A DNA stretch of 64,000 nt from Ostreococcus lucimarinus (taxonomy: Eukaryota). Positions 61,227 to 64,000 of the stretch are shown piece after piece. The stretch lies in assembly GCA_000092065.1 (NCBI GenBank), contig CP000585.1; one strand, 5' to 3'. A program made the position numbers and the translations under genes. Position 1 is the stretch's first letter. Every line of letters starts with the position of its first letter. The notes beneath the pieces were generated by a model, which worked only from the letters and a program-made list of their open reading frames with translations, was not told where the DNA came from and searched no databases.

Positions 61227-61540
61227 CTAGGATTTTCTGAGCTGATCGCGAACTAGTCGCGGACTAATCGACTAGGTAGTAACTAAGTAGCAAGTACTGT
61301 AGCTTTTGCGAATACTAGAATACTATGGAGAGTTTCGGATGCTTGAGCGCGGCTTTCTGCGCGGCGGCGACGATGGCTGGATCCGACCACGTGCCAATCC
61401 TCTTGATGAGCTTTTTCGTGTAGCACGAGCGATAAATCGCCCACTGGATGATGCACAGCGCTACGCCGACGGCGATGGCGACGCCGGCGACCACGTCTTT
61501 CTGCAGAGGGCAGCAGTCGTAATATTTATCGGGAATATTA

Positions 61541-63373
61541 GTGCAGCACCATTTTCAAGCTTTTTTTCTGTCGTGCGTTTTTCCCGGTCGTTCTTTCGGC
61601 ACTGCGCGTCGCTCGTTGCCGTCCATGGTGACGAAGGCCGGGCCGCCCGACCCGTGCGACCAATCGTCGTCGTCCGCGTCGTCGTCGGCGTCGTCGTCCT
61701 GCTTTGAAATTCTCGGCCTCGACGGCGCGGCGGCGGACGTCACGCGCGAGGATGTCCGACGGGCGTTTCGAAAACGCCTCGTGCGTGCACATCCCGATCG
61801 CAACAGCGGGTGCTCGCGCGCGTACGACGCGTTGTGCGCGGCGCGAGACGCGGCGTACGACATGGTCGATCGTAAGGACTTGTTAGCGTGCGCGGCGAGG
61901 TACGATTGGCGGGCATCGATGCGGAAAGACGAACGGGCGAACAAACGCGCGGCGGGCGTGGCGAAGCGCGAGGAGCTGAAGACGACGCCGACGAGTCCGC
62001 GTCGACGTTCGGCGGTGAATACATCTTCGTCTTCGATAAACAAGACGAAATTCGGCCCGCACGAATCGCGCGTGACGGTGATGACGGCGCGAGACGATGG
62101 TGTGGTGGCGACGGGCGAGGCGAGCGGACGCGTCAGCGTCTGGCGAGCCGACGGCGCGCGCGTCGACTCGTGCGACGCGCCGTCGACGACGGACAAAACG
62201 AACGATGCGGTATCTATATTGCAATTTAATCGTCATCATGGACTGGTGGCGACGTACGTGACGAGTAAGCCGAGGTTTTGGACCGTCGGCTGCGACACGA
62301 TGTCCGCCGCCGCCGCGACGGAGGTGGACGCACACTCGCGAAGAATAACCGCCGCGAAGTGGTTTGAAGGCGTCGAAGGCGCCGAGATTTGTGACGTCTT
62401 GGTCACCGCAGCTTTAGATGGCACGGTATTCGTGCAAACGTTTTTCGACGGCGCGCTCGGTCCCTCGGCGCTCGCGTCACGCGATGGATTTCGCGCCGTC
62501 AAAGCCGTGGACGCGCTCGCGACGAGCGCCGACGGCGGCGCGTTCGTTGTCACGGACGTCGTCGGAAATTTCAAACTCTGGCGCGTTCGTCTAGAAAATT
62601 CGAAAACATCGCTTACTGTGGAGCCAATCACGAACATCGTGACTTGGAATGGGTTCGGCGGCGTGTGCTTTGCTCGCTTGGCGCGCTCGCCGATGGCGCC
62701 CGACTCGCTTCGATTACTTACAACGTTCACCGATGCAAGCGCTAGACAGTCGCGCGTGTTGGAGTGGTCGGTACCGCATCTCGAAAACGGTGCGGTCGCA
62801 GACGTGCGTGGGTACGTCGGCGCAATACCGAGCGCGAATGGAGTCATACGAGGCGTGGCGAGCGATTTTCTCACCATCGCTCGCTCGAAGGAAGACGACG
62901 ACGACGACGACGACGCCGACGACGACGACGACGAGATGTACCTCCTCGCCGCCAACGACTTGATTTTTGCCGTCGATGCGCGCGCTCGGTGCGTACTATA
63001 TACCATGGACTCCGCGCACTGTCGCGCGCTTCATCCATCGACGACAATTCCCGGCGCCTTTGTCTCGTGCCGCGTCGCCGCCGCTCGCGACGGGGTCGGT
63101 TTCGACGTCTGCGCGCTCGACGATGGTCGAATTATCGCAAAGCTCGATTTCACCGCGGACAAGTTCTTCGATGATGTTGATGACGTCACCGATGGTCGAA
63201 TTATCGCAAAGCTCGATTTCACCGCGGACAAGTTCTTCGATGATGTTGATGACGTCACCGACGCCACCGACGTCAACGCCCAGCGCGCGGCGTCTTCAAT
63301 CCTCGTCGCCTCTTCCTCGTCTCAAGTCCTGCTCCTCGCGCGACGCAGCACCGTCGTCGCGGTGCGTCTGTGA
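61541..63373 (+). CDS. DnaJ (J-domain) protein with a C-terminal beta-rich/WD-like region. The likely start is about 61625 (MVTKAGPPD).
   Basis: The J domain reads CFEILGLDGAAADVTREDVRRAFRKRLVRAHPDRN (HPD motif). A long beta-strand-rich region follows. The coding sequence contains the 2 x 69-bp duplication listed separately. Confidence 0.6.
   Translation: MQHHFQAFFLSCVFPGRSFGTARRSLPSMVTKAGPPDPCDQSSSSASSSASSSCFEILGLDGAAADVTREDVRRAFRKRLVRAHPDRNSGCSRAYDALCAARDAAYDMVDRKDLLACAARYDWRASMRKDERANKRAAGVAKREELKTTPTSPRRRSAVNTSSSSINKTKFGPHESRVTVMTARDDGVVATGEASGRVSVWRADGARVDSCDAPSTTDKTNDAVSILQFNRHHGLVATYVTSKPRFWTVGCDTMSAAAATEVDAHSRRITAAKWFEGVEGAEICDVLVTAALDGTVFVQTFFDGALGPSALASRDGFRAVKAVDALATSADGGAFVVTDVVGNFKLWRVRLENSKTSLTVEPITNIVTWNGFGGVCFARLARSPMAPDSLRLLTTFTDASARQSRVLEWSVPHLENGAVADVRGYVGAIPSANGVIRGVASDFLTIARSKEDDDDDDDADDDDDEMYLLAANDLIFAVDARARCVLYTMDSAHCRALHPSTTIPGAFVSCRVAAARDGVGFDVCALDDGRIIAKLDFTADKFFDDVDDVTDGRIIAKLDFTADKFFDDVDDVTDATDVNAQRAASSILVASSSSQVLLLARRSTVVAVRL
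63121..63258 (+). repeat. Perfect 69-bp in-frame tandem duplication inside the DnaJ gene, duplicating 23 aa (DGRIIAKLDFTADKFFDDVDDVT)
   Basis: cgatggtcgaattatcgcaaagctcgatttcaccgcggacaagttcttcgatgatgttgatgacgtcac occurs at 63121-63189 and again at 63190-63258. Confidence 0.9.
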
Positions 63374-63845
63374 ACGAATGGTGAAAGCGTCGAAACCTAG
63401 AAACCTAGAAAGAGGTGAAACTGAATTTGAAAGATATAGAATGCAAAGCGATTCACCCACGTCGCCGTCGTCGTCCCGCGTCGTCTCCCAGCGCGCGTCG
63501 CCGCACTCGCCTCCCTGAAACTAGGGCTAGAAACTAGGGTTAGCAGTTTCTCTGGAACATGACGCTTTTGCCGCCCTGGAAGTTGCGCGAGTAAAGGGGT
63601 CACCAAAACCACTACACTGGCGGTCGACGACGTTGGAATTTTGCGTACACGCAGGAAACACGCATTTGCATCTGTGTACGCGCGCGTTTCGCGAACCTCT
63701 GGGTGCCGGCGGCGACCCGGACCTTCACGTCGTCGCGGGCGTAGGCCGCGGTTTGGGTTTTTTTGGAAATGTGTGATGGTGGTTTTGGGTTGAGACTACG
63801 TTAGTGAGGGCGGGGTAAACTAGGGTTTGGAGGACTAGGGTTCGG
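63374..63845. repeat. Short subtelomeric region with degenerate telomere-like motifs (aacctag, ctagggctag, aaactagggttag, ggtttgg) and no recognisable gene
   Basis: Read directly. Motif density rises toward the perfect array. Confidence 0.6.
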
Positions 63846-64000
63846 GTTTAGGGTTTAGGGTTTAGGGTTTAGGGTTTAGGGTTTAGGGTTTAGGGTTTAG
63901 GGTTTAGGGTTTAGGGTTTAGGGTTTAGGGTTTAGGGTTTAGGGTTTAGGGTTTAGGGTTTAGGGTTTAGGGTTTAGGGTTTAGGGTTTAGGGTTTAGGG
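63846..64000 (+). repeat. Telomere: (TTTAGGG)n, about 22 perfect copies, running off the window
   Basis: The perfect tttaggg array has the G-rich strand 5'->3' toward the end, as expected for a right chromosome terminus. This is the Arabidopsis/green-algal-type telomere repeat. Confidence 0.95.

Overview
The window reads as the terminal ~64 kb of a chromosome from a compact, GC-rich eukaryotic green alga. The right edge is a (TTTAGGG)n telomere array, the plant/green-algal type, preceded by about 470 bp of degenerate subtelomeric ctaggg/aaccta motifs. Base composition is about 65-70% GC from ~7.1 kb onward, and genes lie on both strands roughly every 1.5-1.7 kb. They are mostly intronless, and several converge or diverge with only tens of bp between them. 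TGTAA-type poly(A) signals follow several stop codons. Only the ribosomal protein L13 gene and a UBC-type E2 gene carry spliceosomal introns. Together with an enkurin (flagellar) homolog, these features suggest a Mamiellophyceae (Micromonas-like) nuclear genome. This assignment is inferred, not searched. The ORF track uses bacterial alternative start codons: ORFs shown with M actually begin with GTG or TTG in the sequence. Because GC is so high, the track also holds many long spurious antisense and out-of-frame ORFs. The largest gene in the window is absent from the track. It is a continuously open minus-strand frame of about 7 kb, from position 7081 to the left window edge. It has about 50% GC and encodes a Piezo-type mechanosensitive channel homolog. 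The hallmark PF(X2)E(X6)W anchor motif was read directly from the sequence (947-982, minus strand). An outer-helix-like segment follows it. Upstream of it lies a fibronectin-III-like module. A TMEM120/TACAN homolog lies 1.7 kb from this gene. The remaining calls are mostly organelle and housekeeping genes. Plastid or organelle-targeted: ClpB, a PHT4 phosphate transporter, a rubredoxin-like protein, a rhodanese, a MATE transporter, an ABC1 kinase, a RelA/SpoT homolog and Mg-chelatase ChlD. Others: mitochondrial EF-Tu, thioredoxin, inositol monophosphatase, a PDI-C (ERGIC-N/COPII-ERV) protein, an acyl-CoA thioesterase, two nucleotide-sugar transporters, a Herp-like UBL protein, NSE3/MAGE, a TLC-domain protein, an enkurin-domain protein, a Nup88-like protein, eL13, a UBC E2, an HRQ1-like helicase, homoserine dehydrogenase, RRP4, a nucleolin-like protein and a DnaJ protein. 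Several recent-looking perfect tandem duplications were seen. Two duplicate a gene's stop-codon region (ChlD, HSD) and one lies inside the DnaJ coding sequence. Two of these have an identical 69-bp period. All protein-family assignments come from motif recognition by eye. Coordinates derived by hand from the ORF track may be off by a few nucleotides.
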